Positions 9,857-20,388 of a stretch of 64,000 nucleotides of DNA are shown piece by piece. The stretch's first letter is position 1; every line of letters starts with the position of its first letter. The DNA comes from an uncultured bacterium. Its GTDB lineage: Bacteria > CSSED10-310 > CAZUFC01. Position numbers and translations under genes: made by a program. Location: NCBI GenBank assembly GCA_964619725.1, contig CAZUFC010000038.1:1-64000 (forward strand), given 5' to 3'. The notes under the pieces are model-generated. The model did no database searches, had not been told where the DNA came from, and saw only the letters and a list, made by a program, of their open reading frames with translations.

Positions 9857-12800
9857 GCAGGAATAACATCATGTCGTTGCCTGAATTTTCCGTTAAACAA
9901 CCCGTTCTCGTCAATATGATGATGATCGGCGTATTCATCATGGGCATAAGCATATTGGGCGACATACCCCTGGAAAACTTTCCTGATACTCCGCTGAATG
10001 AGGCCGTCGTTGTCGTAATTTTTCCCGGCGCATCTCCGGAAGAGATGGAGAGGCTTGTCGCTATTCCGCTGGAGGAAGAACTGCAGGACCTGGATGATCT
10101 GGATTATATCGATACGGCGTCGTCTGAAGGGAAAACTCTCGTCAATGTTAAATATCTGCCGGGATTGAGCGATCTCGACGATGCCGTTTTAAAGCTCAAA
10201 TCCGAAGTGGATAAAGTCGATCTGCCGGAGGATGCGGAAAAGCCCTTCGTGCTGAAAATATCGACAGATGAGGTTATGCCGGTGTTGACGATAGCCGTGG
10301 GCGGTGATTTTGAAACGGTCGCTTTAAAGGCTGTGGCTGAAGAGTTAAAAGACAGGCTTATTGAATTGCCCGGCGTTTCCCAGGTAGATATTGAAGGCGC
10401 CAGAGATCGCGAAATATGGATAGAAGTCGACCCAGCCAAGTTGCATGAATACGGCTTGAGCTTCGACCAGGTATCCTCTGTCCTGGCCGCCGCCAACCTT
10501 AATATTCCCGGCGGGACCGTCCGACTCGGGCGAACAGAATATCTGCTCAGAACTATGGGCGCCTTCGATGCGGTAGATCAAATTAATAATGTCGTTCTCT
10601 TTTCGGATCCGAACGGGGGCGTCGTTCGTGTGTCTGACCTGGCTGAAGTGAAGGATACTTTCGAAGAATTGAGAGTCGAACCGAGGTTGGATGGAAAGCC
10701 TACCGTCAACCTTCTGGTCTATAAAAAAAAGGATGCCAACATCATTGATGTGGTGGATGAATCGAAAAAAACGACCGAGATATTTATGAGCCCAATCGAA
10801 AACGCAGATTACGCATTCAGGGCCGACATGTCGATTGATGTGAGAGAAAGCATTTCTATTCTGGGCAACAACGCTTTGCTCGGCATAGCCCTGGTCGCTG
10901 TTCTGCTTTTCATCTTTATCGGATTCAGAAATGCTTTGCTCGCAGCGATCGGCATTCCTTTCACCTTCTTTATGGCCGTCGTTTTCATGTACTTCCTGGG
11001 ATTCACGCTCAATACTTTATCGCTCTTCTGCTTCGTCCTCGTACTCGGAATGATAGTCGATGATGCCATCATCGTCATTGAAAACGTCTATCGCTATATC
11101 GAGGGAGGCATGAACAAAATTAAAGCCGCCGTCATCGGCGCTCAGGAAGTCATGTGGCCCGTCGTCTCCGCAGTTCTCACCACCGTCGCCGCCTTCCTGC
11201 CCCTCCTGCTCATGGAAGGCGTCATGGGCGAATTCCTCTGGACCATGCCCGTCATCGTCTCCATCGCCTTGCTCGCCTCACTCGTGGAAGCTTTAATTAT
11301 CCTTCCCTCTCATATGGCGGAATTCGGTAAAAAAACGAAAAAAAAGTCGGAAACTTCACCCTTCTTCAACTCCCTCCTCGCCTTCTACCGCAATCTGCTC
11401 CGCTTCATCATCAAACACAGATACCGCACCGCTCTGTTCGTATTCCTCTTTTCACTCCTCTCCCTCGCCCTCGTCGTTATCGGTATACAGACCGGATACC
11501 TCCAGGTTCAGATGTTCGGCAAGCTGGATACCTCCACCATTACGATGCATCTAAGATTGCCGGTAAGCGTTAATCTGGATTACACGAAAAAAATAGTCGA
11601 TCAAATAGAAGAAAGAATACTCGCTCTTCCAGGCAAACCCGTCAAATCCGTCATATCCACACCCGGTCAGATCATCGATAACTATCAGTGGATTACTAAT
11701 ACTCACGTCGCTCAATTCGAATTCGACCTGGGCTCCAGGAAAGAACGAAGACGCAAATCAGAAGAAATCAAAGAACTGATCAGAAAAGAAATGGAAAAGG
11801 TCGCCGGTGTCGTCTCTTATAACTTCATACAGCAGCAGGACGGTCCGCCTGTGGGCATGCCGGTGGAAATACGAATTACAGGGCCCGAATTTTCAAAATT
11901 GAAACAATACTCGGAAATAATCAAAACAGCCCTTGCGGACATCCCGGGCGTCAAGGACATCAAGGACGATATGGAACCCGGCAAGCAGGAACTGCGCATT
12001 ATTCCGCACAACGACGTTTTAACGCATTTCAACACCACCGTTTATAGCGTAGCTTCGTCCATAAGGGCCGCATTTGAAGGGGTCACTGCCACAAAACTGC
12101 GGTTCGACGGCGGCGACGAAATCGAAGTCATCGTTAAACTGGAGGAAGATTACCGAACTTCCATGCAGGACCTGCTGAATTACAAAATGATGACGAAACG
12201 GGGACCGGTATCCTTAAAAGAACTGGCCGACGTGAACATAGAACAGGGATGGGCGGAGATAAAACGAAGGAACGACAAGCGCTACATCACGGTTACAGCA
12301 AACGTTGAAGAAGGCGTGACTTCTTCAGATTGGGCCAACAGGACGATTGCCGCTCAGTTCGCTGATTTTTCCTCACGACGCCCGGGATACGCCCTTCATT
12401 TCGGCGGTGAAGCGGAAGAGCAGGCGGAGTCATTTTCATCGTTGTACCGTGCCCTCATGATCGCCGTCATGATTATTTACGTTATTCTGGGCGCTCAGTT
12501 TAAATCATTCACGCAACCGCTGGTCGTTATGTTCGCCGTACCTTTTTCCTTCATCGGCGTTTTCCTGGGACTGTTCATTATGCATCTGCCCTTTTCGCTG
12601 ATTGCGCTGATCTCCGTGGTCGCTCTGGCCGGCGTCGTAGTCAATGATTCACTGGTGCTGGTCGATTTCATCAATCGTTCGAGAGAAAAAGGGATGCCCA
12701 GGGATCAGGCCATGCTGGAAAGCGGCGTTAAAAGACTCAGGCCTGTTCTACTGACCTCCGTCACTACCATAGGGGGATTGCTGCCCATGTCCGTCGGACT

Positions 12801-12984
12801 GGCCGGAGTCAACCCCACCTGGCAACCTATGGCTATCTGCATATCCTGGGGGCTGGCCTTCGCCACGCTCCTTACTCTGCTGGTCATACCCTCATTCTAC
12901 GGCATTGTCGACGATATCGTCACCAGGGTTTTTAAAAAATCCTGGAGAAGAGAAATCCACGACATCAATAAAATTATGGAATAA
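9853..12984 (+). CDS. RND efflux transporter permease (AcrB/MdtB-like)
   Basis: 1043 aa; PGASPEEMERLV, GMIVDDAIIVIEN, GVVVNDSLVLVD, RLRPVLLTS. Confidence 0.95.
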   Translation: MSRNNIMSLPEFSVKQPVLVNMMMIGVFIMGISILGDIPLENFPDTPLNEAVVVVIFPGASPEEMERLVAIPLEEELQDLDDLDYIDTASSEGKTLVNVKYLPGLSDLDDAVLKLKSEVDKVDLPEDAEKPFVLKISTDEVMPVLTIAVGGDFETVALKAVAEELKDRLIELPGVSQVDIEGARDREIWIEVDPAKLHEYGLSFDQVSSVLAAANLNIPGGTVRLGRTEYLLRTMGAFDAVDQINNVVLFSDPNGGVVRVSDLAEVKDTFEELRVEPRLDGKPTVNLLVYKKKDANIIDVVDESKKTTEIFMSPIENADYAFRADMSIDVRESISILGNNALLGIALVAVLLFIFIGFRNALLAAIGIPFTFFMAVVFMYFLGFTLNTLSLFCFVLVLGMIVDDAIIVIENVYRYIEGGMNKIKAAVIGAQEVMWPVVSAVLTTVAAFLPLLLMEGVMGEFLWTMPVIVSIALLASLVEALIILPSHMAEFGKKTKKKSETSPFFNSLLAFYRNLLRFIIKHRYRTALFVFLFSLLSLALVVIGIQTGYLQVQMFGKLDTSTITMHLRLPVSVNLDYTKKIVDQIEERILALPGKPVKSVISTPGQIIDNYQWITNTHVAQFEFDLGSRKERRRKSEEIKELIRKEMEKVAGVVSYNFIQQQDGPPVGMPVEIRITGPEFSKLKQYSEIIKTALADIPGVKDIKDDMEPGKQELRIIPHNDVLTHFNTTVYSVASSIRAAFEGVTATKLRFDGGDEIEVIVKLEEDYRTSMQDLLNYKMMTKRGPVSLKELADVNIEQGWAEIKRRNDKRYITVTANVEEGVTSSDWANRTIAAQFADFSSRRPGYALHFGGEAEEQAESFSSLYRALMIAVMIIYVILGAQFKSFTQPLVVMFAVPFSFIGVFLGLFIMHLPFSLIALISVVALAGVVVNDSLVLVDFINRSREKGMPRDQAMLESGVKRLRPVLLTSVTTIGGLLPMSVGLAGVNPTWQPMAICISWGLAFATLLTLLVIPSFYGIVDDIVTRVFKKSWRREIHDINKIME

Positions 12985-13142
12985 GAACAGCTACGTCCAA
13001 TCCTCAGCATCCGCCATCTATAATCCAGGAAGCGCCGTCCATTCGTTTTTTTGCATTTCGACGATTTTTATGCTAAAAAGAAATGACAATTTATTACGAT
13101 CATTTTCGAATTTGATATTCAGATATATCAAGGGGGGATGAA

Positions 13143-15017
13143 ATGAAGGATTTGATTTTTAAGAAAGGAGCCTTGCCGGTTGCGGCGATCCTTGTTTTTT
13201 TGTTGAGTTTTGCTGTACCGGAAGTTTACGGTGATCAAAGCGTCAGTGAATTTTTATCGGAAACGGATATTCTCAAGCCGTCCCGCAGGACTTACACTGA
13301 TCGAGAAAAGGGATTAATGATCGAAACCGGCGTAGGTCGCTGGGGCGATGACGAGCAGATATCGTTCGATCTGGATTTTCCGTCAGCTCCTGTCGTGGTG
13401 ACGTCAGCGCAGATGTATTGGGAACCTAAAATAGCCTGTCCCGTGGGCATCTCAGGAAATTCTTTTCAGTTGGCGCTGTATGATCATGACGGAAACGAGG
13501 AAGATGATGCCTGGGTGATGTGGATTGCGGTCTATCCGGAGGAATACCAGGACCCGTCGACAGGTTTGGCGATTGAAGCGAAGAATATATTCGGGGCGAA
13601 TCACGGCGATCAGATAACGTACAACGTGAATTTTCCCGGGACGCCGAAAGTGGTGACATGCGGCGTAAGGAATATAACGGGCTGGCCGTCCTTTATGAAC
13701 AGCATCACGTGTCCCGTCAACATAACGAGCGACGGATTCTCGTTGGCGATGTATGACTGGGACGGCAACCAGGAGACGAATGACTGGACTGATTTGTATT
13801 ACATAGCGATATATCCTGATGAGTATACGGATGCGTCGACGGGACTGAGAATAGAGACGGGTTTGAGTCAGATGGGGGATCATGATGCGGTCAGTTATGA
13901 TGTGAGTTTTCCGGCGAATCCATGCGCAATAACGTGCGCTCAGTGGGGATGGGAGCCGATGATCACCAGTCCGGTGAACCTGGCTGACGACGGATTCGAA
14001 TATGCGATGATCGACCATAGCGGCAATACGGAAGATAATGCGTGGAGTTTTTTTATATCCATATATCCGAGTGAATACAGCGAACCTGCAACGGGGACGG
14101 CGACTCCGACGGCAACGGGGACTCAGCCGTCAAGCACTGCCACGCCGACAGGAACGCAACCGACGGGAACGGCCACTCCTACGGGAACGCAGCCCACAGG
14201 GACGGCGACGCCGACGGGAAGCGCACCGACGGGCACGCCGACGCCGACCGGCAGTCAACCGACAGGAACCGCGACGCCGACCGGCAGTCAACCGACAGGA
14301 ACGGCGACACCGACGGGAAGCGCGCCGACGGGTACGCCGACGCCGACCGGCAGTCAACCGACAGGAACGGCGACACCGACGGGAAGCGCGCCGACAGGCA
14401 CGCCGACGCCGACCGGCAGTCAACCGACAGGAACCGCAACTCCAACGGGAAGCGCACCGACGGGCACGCCGACGCCCACCGGTTCGCAACCGACAGGAAC
14501 CGTCACGCCGACAGGAACCTCACCCACGGCAACGGCCACTTTCACGCCGACGCAGTCACCCTACACCCGAACGCCCACAAGAACCCCCACAAACACGGGC
14601 GGACCAATGCCTACTTTTACTCCAACCAACACGATAGCGCCGATTCCGACATTCACTCCAACCAATACGCCGCCTCCGCTCAACACCTTCACCCCAACCA
14701 GGACCCCGACCAATACCGAAGGTCCCATGCCCACCTTCACGCCGACAAACACTATAGCTCCTATACCGACGTTTACTCCCACCAACACCATAGCGCCCAT
14801 TCCAACTTTCACGCCGACAATGAGTCCCACCAATACCACAGGGCCGCTTCCGACTTTTACGCCGACCAGGACCCCGACGCAGATGTTCTCTGTCAGTCCT
14901 TCTCCTTCAATGACTCCAACGCCGCCAGACATACCGGCTTTCGGGTATGCGGGAATACTCATATTGCTGGCCGGCCTGGGCGCCTTGTTGGCCAGGGCAA
15001 GAGAAACTTTCAAATAA
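13143..15017 (+). CDS. Secreted surface protein: 3 tandem H-type-lectin-like domains, Thr/Pro linker and IPTL-CTERM-like tail
   Basis: Signal peptide; three ~85-aa repeats GL.IE...[FY]...FP..P...T....PV.....F....YD.DGN.E..W...IA.YP; C-terminus DIPAFGYAG-hydrophobic helix-RARETFK. Confidence 0.8.
   Translation: MKDLIFKKGALPVAAILVFLLSFAVPEVYGDQSVSEFLSETDILKPSRRTYTDREKGLMIETGVGRWGDDEQISFDLDFPSAPVVVTSAQMYWEPKIACPVGISGNSFQLALYDHDGNEEDDAWVMWIAVYPEEYQDPSTGLAIEAKNIFGANHGDQITYNVNFPGTPKVVTCGVRNITGWPSFMNSITCPVNITSDGFSLAMYDWDGNQETNDWTDLYYIAIYPDEYTDASTGLRIETGLSQMGDHDAVSYDVSFPANPCAITCAQWGWEPMITSPVNLADDGFEYAMIDHSGNTEDNAWSFFISIYPSEYSEPATGTATPTATGTQPSSTATPTGTQPTGTATPTGTQPTGTATPTGSAPTGTPTPTGSQPTGTATPTGSQPTGTATPTGSAPTGTPTPTGSQPTGTATPTGSAPTGTPTPTGSQPTGTATPTGSAPTGTPTPTGSQPTGTVTPTGTSPTATATFTPTQSPYTRTPTRTPTNTGGPMPTFTPTNTIAPIPTFTPTNTPPPLNTFTPTRTPTNTEGPMPTFTPTNTIAPIPTFTPTNTIAPIPTFTPTMSPTNTTGPLPTFTPTRTPTQMFSVSPSPSMTPTPPDIPAFGYAGILILLAGLGALLARARETFK
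14085..14925 (+). repeat. Coding tandem repeats forming a Thr/Pro-rich linker
   Basis: Alternating 11-aa units [22 protein letters not shown] (66-bp near-identical DNA period), followed by [12 protein letters not shown]-type 12-aa units. Confidence 0.9.
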
Positions 15018-15029
15018 GACAGCAGTTAT

Positions 15030-15098
15030 ATAAGCCGGCGCCTGTCCAGCATTAGAATTTGAATCGGTAATCGAATTTATGGGCAAGCGGCGGCTTAT
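15030..15098 (+). terminator. Imperfect inverted repeat after the 13143 gene (terminator-like)
   Basis: ATAAGCCGGCGCCTGTCCA (15030-48) pairs with TGGGCAAGCGGCGGCTTAT (15080-98), followed by CTTTT. Confidence 0.5.
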
Positions 15099-15119
15099 CT
15101 TTTCCTATAATTTCTCTGT

Positions 15120-15227
15120 CGCGATCCCGATTACCGAAACAAACTGTCATCGAATCAAAAAGAAGCAGTGAAATTCGATATCCCGATTTTTTGTTGAGAA
15201 AAATGTAATCAGAGTCCGGACAGTCCC
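15120..15227. mobile_element. Degenerate partial MITE-like element (right half)
   Basis: GCGATCCCGATTACCGAAACAAACTGTCA and AAATGTAATC...CAGTCCC resemble the right arm of copies at 17255, 56148 and 57863. Confidence 0.45.
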
Positions 15228-15324
15228 AAATGTATCCTTTTGATTGGTCTGAAATAAGAATCGGAGGCGCTGAAAAGCGCCCCCGACAGAAGAAAGTAGC
15301 GTGTATGGAGATAATGGAGGATAA

Positions 15325-16743
15325 TTAATTCCTGACGGAAATTTCCTCCTTTTTTTCACTATCGGCAGAATGGGAATTCGGTGAAGATGAATCGCTGTCC
15401 GGTTTGGGAAGATGAGCTATCGCCGCTTTAATTTTGGCTTCGGGATATTCGTAGTTGAACAGTTCACCCTTGAAATATGCGTCGTAAGCGGTCATATCGA
15501 AATGACCATGCCCGGAAAAGTTGAAAACGATGGTTCTTTTTTTACCTTCCTCTTTGGCTTTCATCGCTTCGTTGATAGCCGCCCGTATGGCGTGAGACGT
15601 TTCAGGGGCCGGAACTATGCCTTCGGTCCGGGCGAAAATGAGAGCGGCTTCAAAACAGGGCATCTGGTTGAATGCTTCTGCTTCGATTACGCCCTCATGG
15701 ACGAATTTGCACAGAAGAGGCGCGTCGCCGTGATAGCGCAGACCTCCGGCGTGGATGGACGGCGGGATGAAATCATGACCGAGAGTATGCATTTTAACGA
15801 CGGGAGCCAATTTTGCCGTATCTCCGTAATCATAGGCATAGAGACCTTTTGTCAGTGTCGGACAACAGGTGGGCTCCGCGCCTAGGAGTTTTATCTTCCT
15901 TCCGGCTATTTTATCGGGAATAAACGGAAACGCTATGCCGGCGAAATTTGATCCGCCTCCGACGCAGCCGATGACCACATCAGGATAATCTCCGATTTGT
16001 TCCATCTGTTTTTTCGTCTCTTCTCCAACTACAGTTTGATGCAGACAGACATGGCTGAGCACGCTGCCCAGGCTGTAATGAGCATCCGGATCGGATGCCG
16101 CTCGTTCTACTGCTTCGCTTATTGCTATGCCCAGACTGCCCGGAGAATCAGCATCTTTTGCGAGAATAGACCGTCCCGCCCGCGTTCTGTCCGAAGGACT
16201 GGGAAAAACGTCAGCTCCCCAGGTCTGCATGAGTGAGCGACGATAAGGTTTTTGCTCGTAGCTTACCTTCACCATGTAAACTTCCGTATCTAATCCGAAA
16301 AAATTGCACGCCATCGATAAAGCGCTTCCCCATTGACCGGCTCCCGTCTCCGTTACCAGCCGCTTCGTTCCTTCGCGCTTGTTGTAATAAGCCTGCGCCA
16401 CGGCCGTATTGGGCTTATGACTCCCCGGCGGAGAGACGCTTTCGTTTTTAAAATATATGTGAGCCGGAGTATCCAAATACTTCTCCAGCCTGTCTGCCCT
16501 CACCAGCGGCGTCGGTCTCCATATGCTCAATACCTCCAATATCTCTTCCGGTATCTTGATATATCTTTCGCAGCTTACTTCCTGTTCGATCAGTCCCATA
16601 GGAAACAAGGGCGCCAGGTCGGCAGGGCCGATAGGTTGCAATGTTCCCGGATGCAAAACCGGCGGCAATTCGCCGGATATCTCTGATGCAGCGTTAAACC
16701 AGTGAGTAGGTATCATTTTTTCGCCTAATGTAATCTTTTTCAT
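15325..16743 (-). CDS. trpB2: TrpB-like PLP enzyme (tryptophan synthase beta type 2)
   Basis: [62 protein letters not shown]. Confidence 0.95.
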   Translation of the reverse strand: MKKITLGEKMIPTHWFNAASEISGELPPVLHPGTLQPIGPADLAPLFPMGLIEQEVSCERYIKIPEEILEVLSIWRPTPLVRADRLEKYLDTPAHIYFKNESVSPPGSHKPNTAVAQAYYNKREGTKRLVTETGAGQWGSALSMACNFFGLDTEVYMVKVSYEQKPYRRSLMQTWGADVFPSPSDRTRAGRSILAKDADSPGSLGIAISEAVERAASDPDAHYSLGSVLSHVCLHQTVVGEETKKQMEQIGDYPDVVIGCVGGGSNFAGIAFPFIPDKIAGRKIKLLGAEPTCCPTLTKGLYAYDYGDTAKLAPVVKMHTLGHDFIPPSIHAGGLRYHGDAPLLCKFVHEGVIEAEAFNQMPCFEAALIFARTEGIVPAPETSHAIRAAINEAMKAKEEGKKRTIVFNFSGHGHFDMTAYDAYFKGELFNYEYPEAKIKAAIAHLPKPDSDSSSPNSHSADSEKKEEISVRN

Positions 16744-17254
16744 TCTATTCTCCTTATTTTCAATGAAATATATCGGTCATCTCAAGGGATATGATGTATA
16801 ATTGATCCTCAAGAGAAGTAGTCTTAATCGATTATTTTTTCTTTTGGCAGGGAAATAAAAAGTCGATCAGGCCCACACCCTCCGGGACAACTTGTCGAGT
16901 ATCCCGGTGAAATCCTCCAGTTTGGCGTTTAACATCTTCATTCGTTTCTCCATAAGAGGTCGAAGGACCTGTTTCTTATTTCATAAATAGTGATTTTGAA
17001 AGGAATGTCAAGAGGAAAAATGATATTTTTAACGACAGTCCTGAGAAATTGTGGGAGTAGTCAGATGCGAGTTATGCGGTTAATGACTGATTCAAGTATT
17101 TCGCATATTTGATCTATCAGCACAGAATTGTATATGTGATAATATTTTACGCTGATACTGACAACAGGATTACCGTATAGTTCGTTTCTGTCCGCTGTGC
17201 GAATTTTACTCAATGCTGCGTCAGGCCGTGAATTCGCTCAGTCAGCGTACAGGC

Positions 17255-17403
17255 GGCGCTGAACGTAAATGCGTCTTTTGAGGTTACAATTTTTCTGAAC
17301 ATCCCATCATTTTGTTTCGCTTTCGAGCCCGATACCGACCCCGATTACAGAAACAAAATGTCGAAAGTTTTGCTGGAAGTGTAACCCCCGTATGATCAGT
17401 CCC
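17255..17403. mobile_element. MITE-like palindromic element copy B
   Basis: TCTTTTGAGGTTACAATT...CATTTTGTTTC-(CCGATA/CCGACC loop)-GAAACAAAATG...AAGTGTAACCC...TGATCAGTCCC; flanks gtacaggc / gtccaggc. Confidence 0.7.
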
Positions 17404-17537
17404 GTCCAGGCAATATGCCTCCATCGCAAATCCAAGCCATCTTTGCCTTAAGAAAAATTCAGTCTTTTGTGGAACAGAAACCGAAGCTTCTGTCAACCGC
17501 TAAATTTTAAATCTCGGATCGAATGTACGGACAGGCG

Positions 17538-20156
17538 CTAATTCGCATAAAATTCACTTTCAAAGTGTGCTATTATTGATTCTAACTCTTTTATTCTGGA
17601 TTCCTGCTTGGCTATTCTGGATTCTTGCTTTTTAATTAATTCCAACAGATAAAGGCTGATTTTTTCGTATTTTACTCCGTCCGGTCGTCCATCGGCATTG
17701 TAAATGACCAGGTTTTGCAGGTTCAAAGCGTCCAACTCTTCGGCAATATATCCGACTTCATATTGGCCGCTTCTTTTGTCGATGTAAGCGCGAGGTTGCA
17801 CTTTAAGTATGTCCCGGAAACGCGTATCGAGCGGTTGAATATCGTCTTTGTAGCGTTCCGAAGAGCCGTCGTAGTAAAAATTTCCTGTGGCGGTATCAAC
17901 GCGGACAAAATTATAACTGGATGTTGCCGACAGACCGGCGACGGCTAGCGGAGTTCCGGGAGCATTGGTTCCGATACCCACGTTCATCGGGTAGGTCGCG
18001 TTGCCGATAATGAACTGGTTTGAATTTCCGGAAACAGTCTCTCTTCCGAAAACAAAAGAATAGTTATGTCCGGAATTAGTGATTTTCGCCTTATGTCCGA
18101 ATGCTGCAGAATAGGCGCTGCTGACGTCCGCATCGCAGCCCATTCCAATGGAATAGTCTCCTGTAACGTTGCTGCCCGTACCGATGGCGACGGTTCTATA
18201 AGCGCCGGAAGTGGCTGGTCCATAATATATATACCCGTCGTGACCTCCTATGGCGATCGATCCCCAACCGCTTGCTGAACTCTGATTGCCTATTGCTATG
18301 GTTCCATCCCTTGTCGCTCTGGCATTTGAACCTATCGCTGTCGGTCCGTAATTCCAGCCATTGGCCTGAGCAGATGCCCCGACAGCGACCGCATAACGGG
18401 GACCGGCATAAGCGCTGTGACCGATTGCCACGGCTGCCGGGCCGGTCATCCCGCCGGTTGAGCCTCCCGAACTGCTTGTTGCGCTGTGGCCAATAGCGAC
18501 GCTCTGATTTGCTCCCGAAATAGTGGCATTATAGCCTATAGCCAAGCGACCGGCTGTTCCAATTACAGTTTCAGATCCGTCACCCGAAATTTCAATATTA
18601 CCCTGAACATGCAGTTTTTCTGCGGGACTTGCCGTGCCTATGCCCATATATTCAGAAGAATTAATATAGTACACCTCAGCGCCATCCGCTATGCCTCCGT
18701 TATTATAAATCATTTGAGCGTCAAATCCACCTACTGAACCAGAAGGTCCCTCCGGACCGGTATCGCCCTGCGGCCCAGCAGGTCCTGTTCCGCCCTGAGG
18801 TCCCATCGGACCCGTCGCGCCTTGCTGTCCCGTCAGCCCCGTGTCGCCTTGCGGCCCACCAGGTCCCGTTGCGCCCTGAAGTCCCATCGGACCCGTCGCT
18901 CCTTGCGGTCCCGTGAGCCCGGTATCGCCTTGCGTCCCAGCAGTTCCCGTTCCGCCCTGAGGTCCCATCGGACCCGTCGCTCCTTGCGGTCCCGTGAGCC
19001 CGGTATCGCCCTGCGGCCCAGCAGTTCCCGTTCCGCCCTGAGGTCCCATCGGACCCGTCGCTCCTTGCGGTCCCGTGAGCCCGGTATCGCCCTGCTGCCC
19101 AGCAGGTCCCGTTCCGCCCTGAAGTCCCATCGGCCCCGTCGCTCCTTGCGGTCCCGTCAACCCCGTATCGCCCTGCGGCCCTGCGGGTCCCGTTCCGCCC
19201 TGAGGTCCCATCGGACCCGTCGCTCCTTGCGGTCCCGTCAACCCCGTGTCGCCCTGCGGCCCCAACAGACCCGTTTCTCCTTGCGGTCCCATCGGACCAG
19301 TGTCGCCCTGCGGTCCTGTCAGGCCCGTGTCGCCCTGCGGTCCTGTCATACCAGTTTCACCCTGCGGTCCCAACGGACCCGTATCGCCCTGCGGCCCCAA
19401 CAGACCCGTTTCTCCTTGCGGTCCCATCGGACCAGTGTCGCCCTGCGGTCCTGTCAGGCCCGTGTCGCCCTGCGGTCCTGTCATACCAGTTTCACCCTGC
19501 GGTCCCAACGGACCCGTGTCGCCCTGCGGTCCCAACAGACCCGTTTCTCCTTGCGGTCCCATCGGACCAGTGTCGCCCTGCGGTCCTGTCAGGCCCGTGT
19601 CGCCCTGCGGTCCTGTCATACCAGTTTCACCCTGCGGTCCCAACGGACCCGTGTCGCCCTGCGGTCCTGTCGGACCCGTTAAACCCGCAGGGTCGCCGAC
19701 CCATTGACCCGTTTCATCAATCACTTCTCCGTATCCGGTTATACTTAGGCTATGGGGATGAATAGCCCGATCATATACATCTTCCGCCTGTTCCGCATAA
19801 TAAGCCTGACCGGAGCTGCTCAGTTTTAATCTCGGATAGAGCGTTTCATTTTCAACCATTACTTCCAACCAAAAATTTCCGTTGAAATCAATGTCTACAG
19901 GATCAACCGCGCCTAGTAATACATTAAAAAGTCCCTCATTAACCGGAACGTCCGATTGGGTCTCCGTCCAGAGCAGGTTTCCCTGAGACGCTGCATCGAA
20001 GATGCTGAAAGTGAACTCGTAATTACCGTTCATGGGCAATCCCGATTCATCAGTCAATTGTCCCTGATAATTCAATTGATATGGGATCATGGAGTCTACC
20101 GGCGCCGATAGTATGAAAATGCCCAATACGACTGCTAAAAATCCTTTACAATACAT
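17538..20156 (-). CDS. Secreted collagen-like fibre protein with YadA-head-like repeats and a C-terminal peptidase S74 chaperone domain
   Basis: Signal peptide; [14 protein letters not shown]-domain; 106 Gly-X-Y triplets; (S/A)VAIG..A repeats; VGIGT motifs; SSERYKDDI...GYIAEEL...GVKYEK plus coiled coil. Confidence 0.9.
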   Translation of the reverse strand: MYCKGFLAVVLGIFILSAPVDSMIPYQLNYQGQLTDESGLPMNGNYEFTFSIFDAASQGNLLWTETQSDVPVNEGLFNVLLGAVDPVDIDFNGNFWLEVMVENETLYPRLKLSSSGQAYYAEQAEDVYDRAIHPHSLSITGYGEVIDETGQWVGDPAGLTGPTGPQGDTGPLGPQGETGMTGPQGDTGLTGPQGDTGPMGPQGETGLLGPQGDTGPLGPQGETGMTGPQGDTGLTGPQGDTGPMGPQGETGLLGPQGDTGPLGPQGETGMTGPQGDTGLTGPQGDTGPMGPQGETGLLGPQGDTGLTGPQGATGPMGPQGGTGPAGPQGDTGLTGPQGATGPMGLQGGTGPAGQQGDTGLTGPQGATGPMGPQGGTGTAGPQGDTGLTGPQGATGPMGPQGGTGTAGTQGDTGLTGPQGATGPMGLQGATGPGGPQGDTGLTGQQGATGPMGPQGGTGPAGPQGDTGPEGPSGSVGGFDAQMIYNNGGIADGAEVYYINSSEYMGIGTASPAEKLHVQGNIEISGDGSETVIGTAGRLAIGYNATISGANQSVAIGHSATSSSGGSTGGMTGPAAVAIGHSAYAGPRYAVAVGASAQANGWNYGPTAIGSNARATRDGTIAIGNQSSASGWGSIAIGGHDGYIYYGPATSGAYRTVAIGTGSNVTGDYSIGMGCDADVSSAYSAAFGHKAKITNSGHNYSFVFGRETVSGNSNQFIIGNATYPMNVGIGTNAPGTPLAVAGLSATSSYNFVRVDTATGNFYYDGSSERYKDDIQPLDTRFRDILKVQPRAYIDKRSGQYEVGYIAEELDALNLQNLVIYNADGRPDGVKYEKISLYLLELIKKQESRIAKQESRIKELESIIAHFESEFYAN
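18732..19685 (-). repeat. Collagen Gly-X-Y array
   Basis: 318 aa uninterrupted: three 45-aa (135-bp) units and six 27-aa (81-bp) units plus short ends. Confidence 0.95.
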
Positions 20157-20388
20157 TTTTTTCCTCCTCCACTTTTGAAAGTTTCAGTTTGTGCCTTTCA
20201 CAAAATTCGCTTTCACGAAACTCTCATTAAATAATTAATGAAAAAAAAGGAAAAATCAAATTCAAATATTTATTTTTCTATTAACTCAATGATAACGGTT
20301 GATTGCAGTACTGACTTTAAAAGAGGCAGAACCCTTCAGAAAACTATGCAAAACGGTTTGTATAAAGCCGAACCGTGGACTTCGACGC

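Noticed and set aside
14038-15013. Arg-rich and Val/Gly-rich alternative ORFs
   Set aside because: Shadow frames of the Thr/Pro repeat; the same applies at 20516-20824 and 23409-23900
18822-19707. Long plus-strand ORFs over the collagen array
   Set aside because: Shadow frames produced by the stop-poor repeat
17538-20156. Prophage tail fibre
   Set aside because: Has a signal peptide and no neighbouring phage structural, integrase or lysis genes
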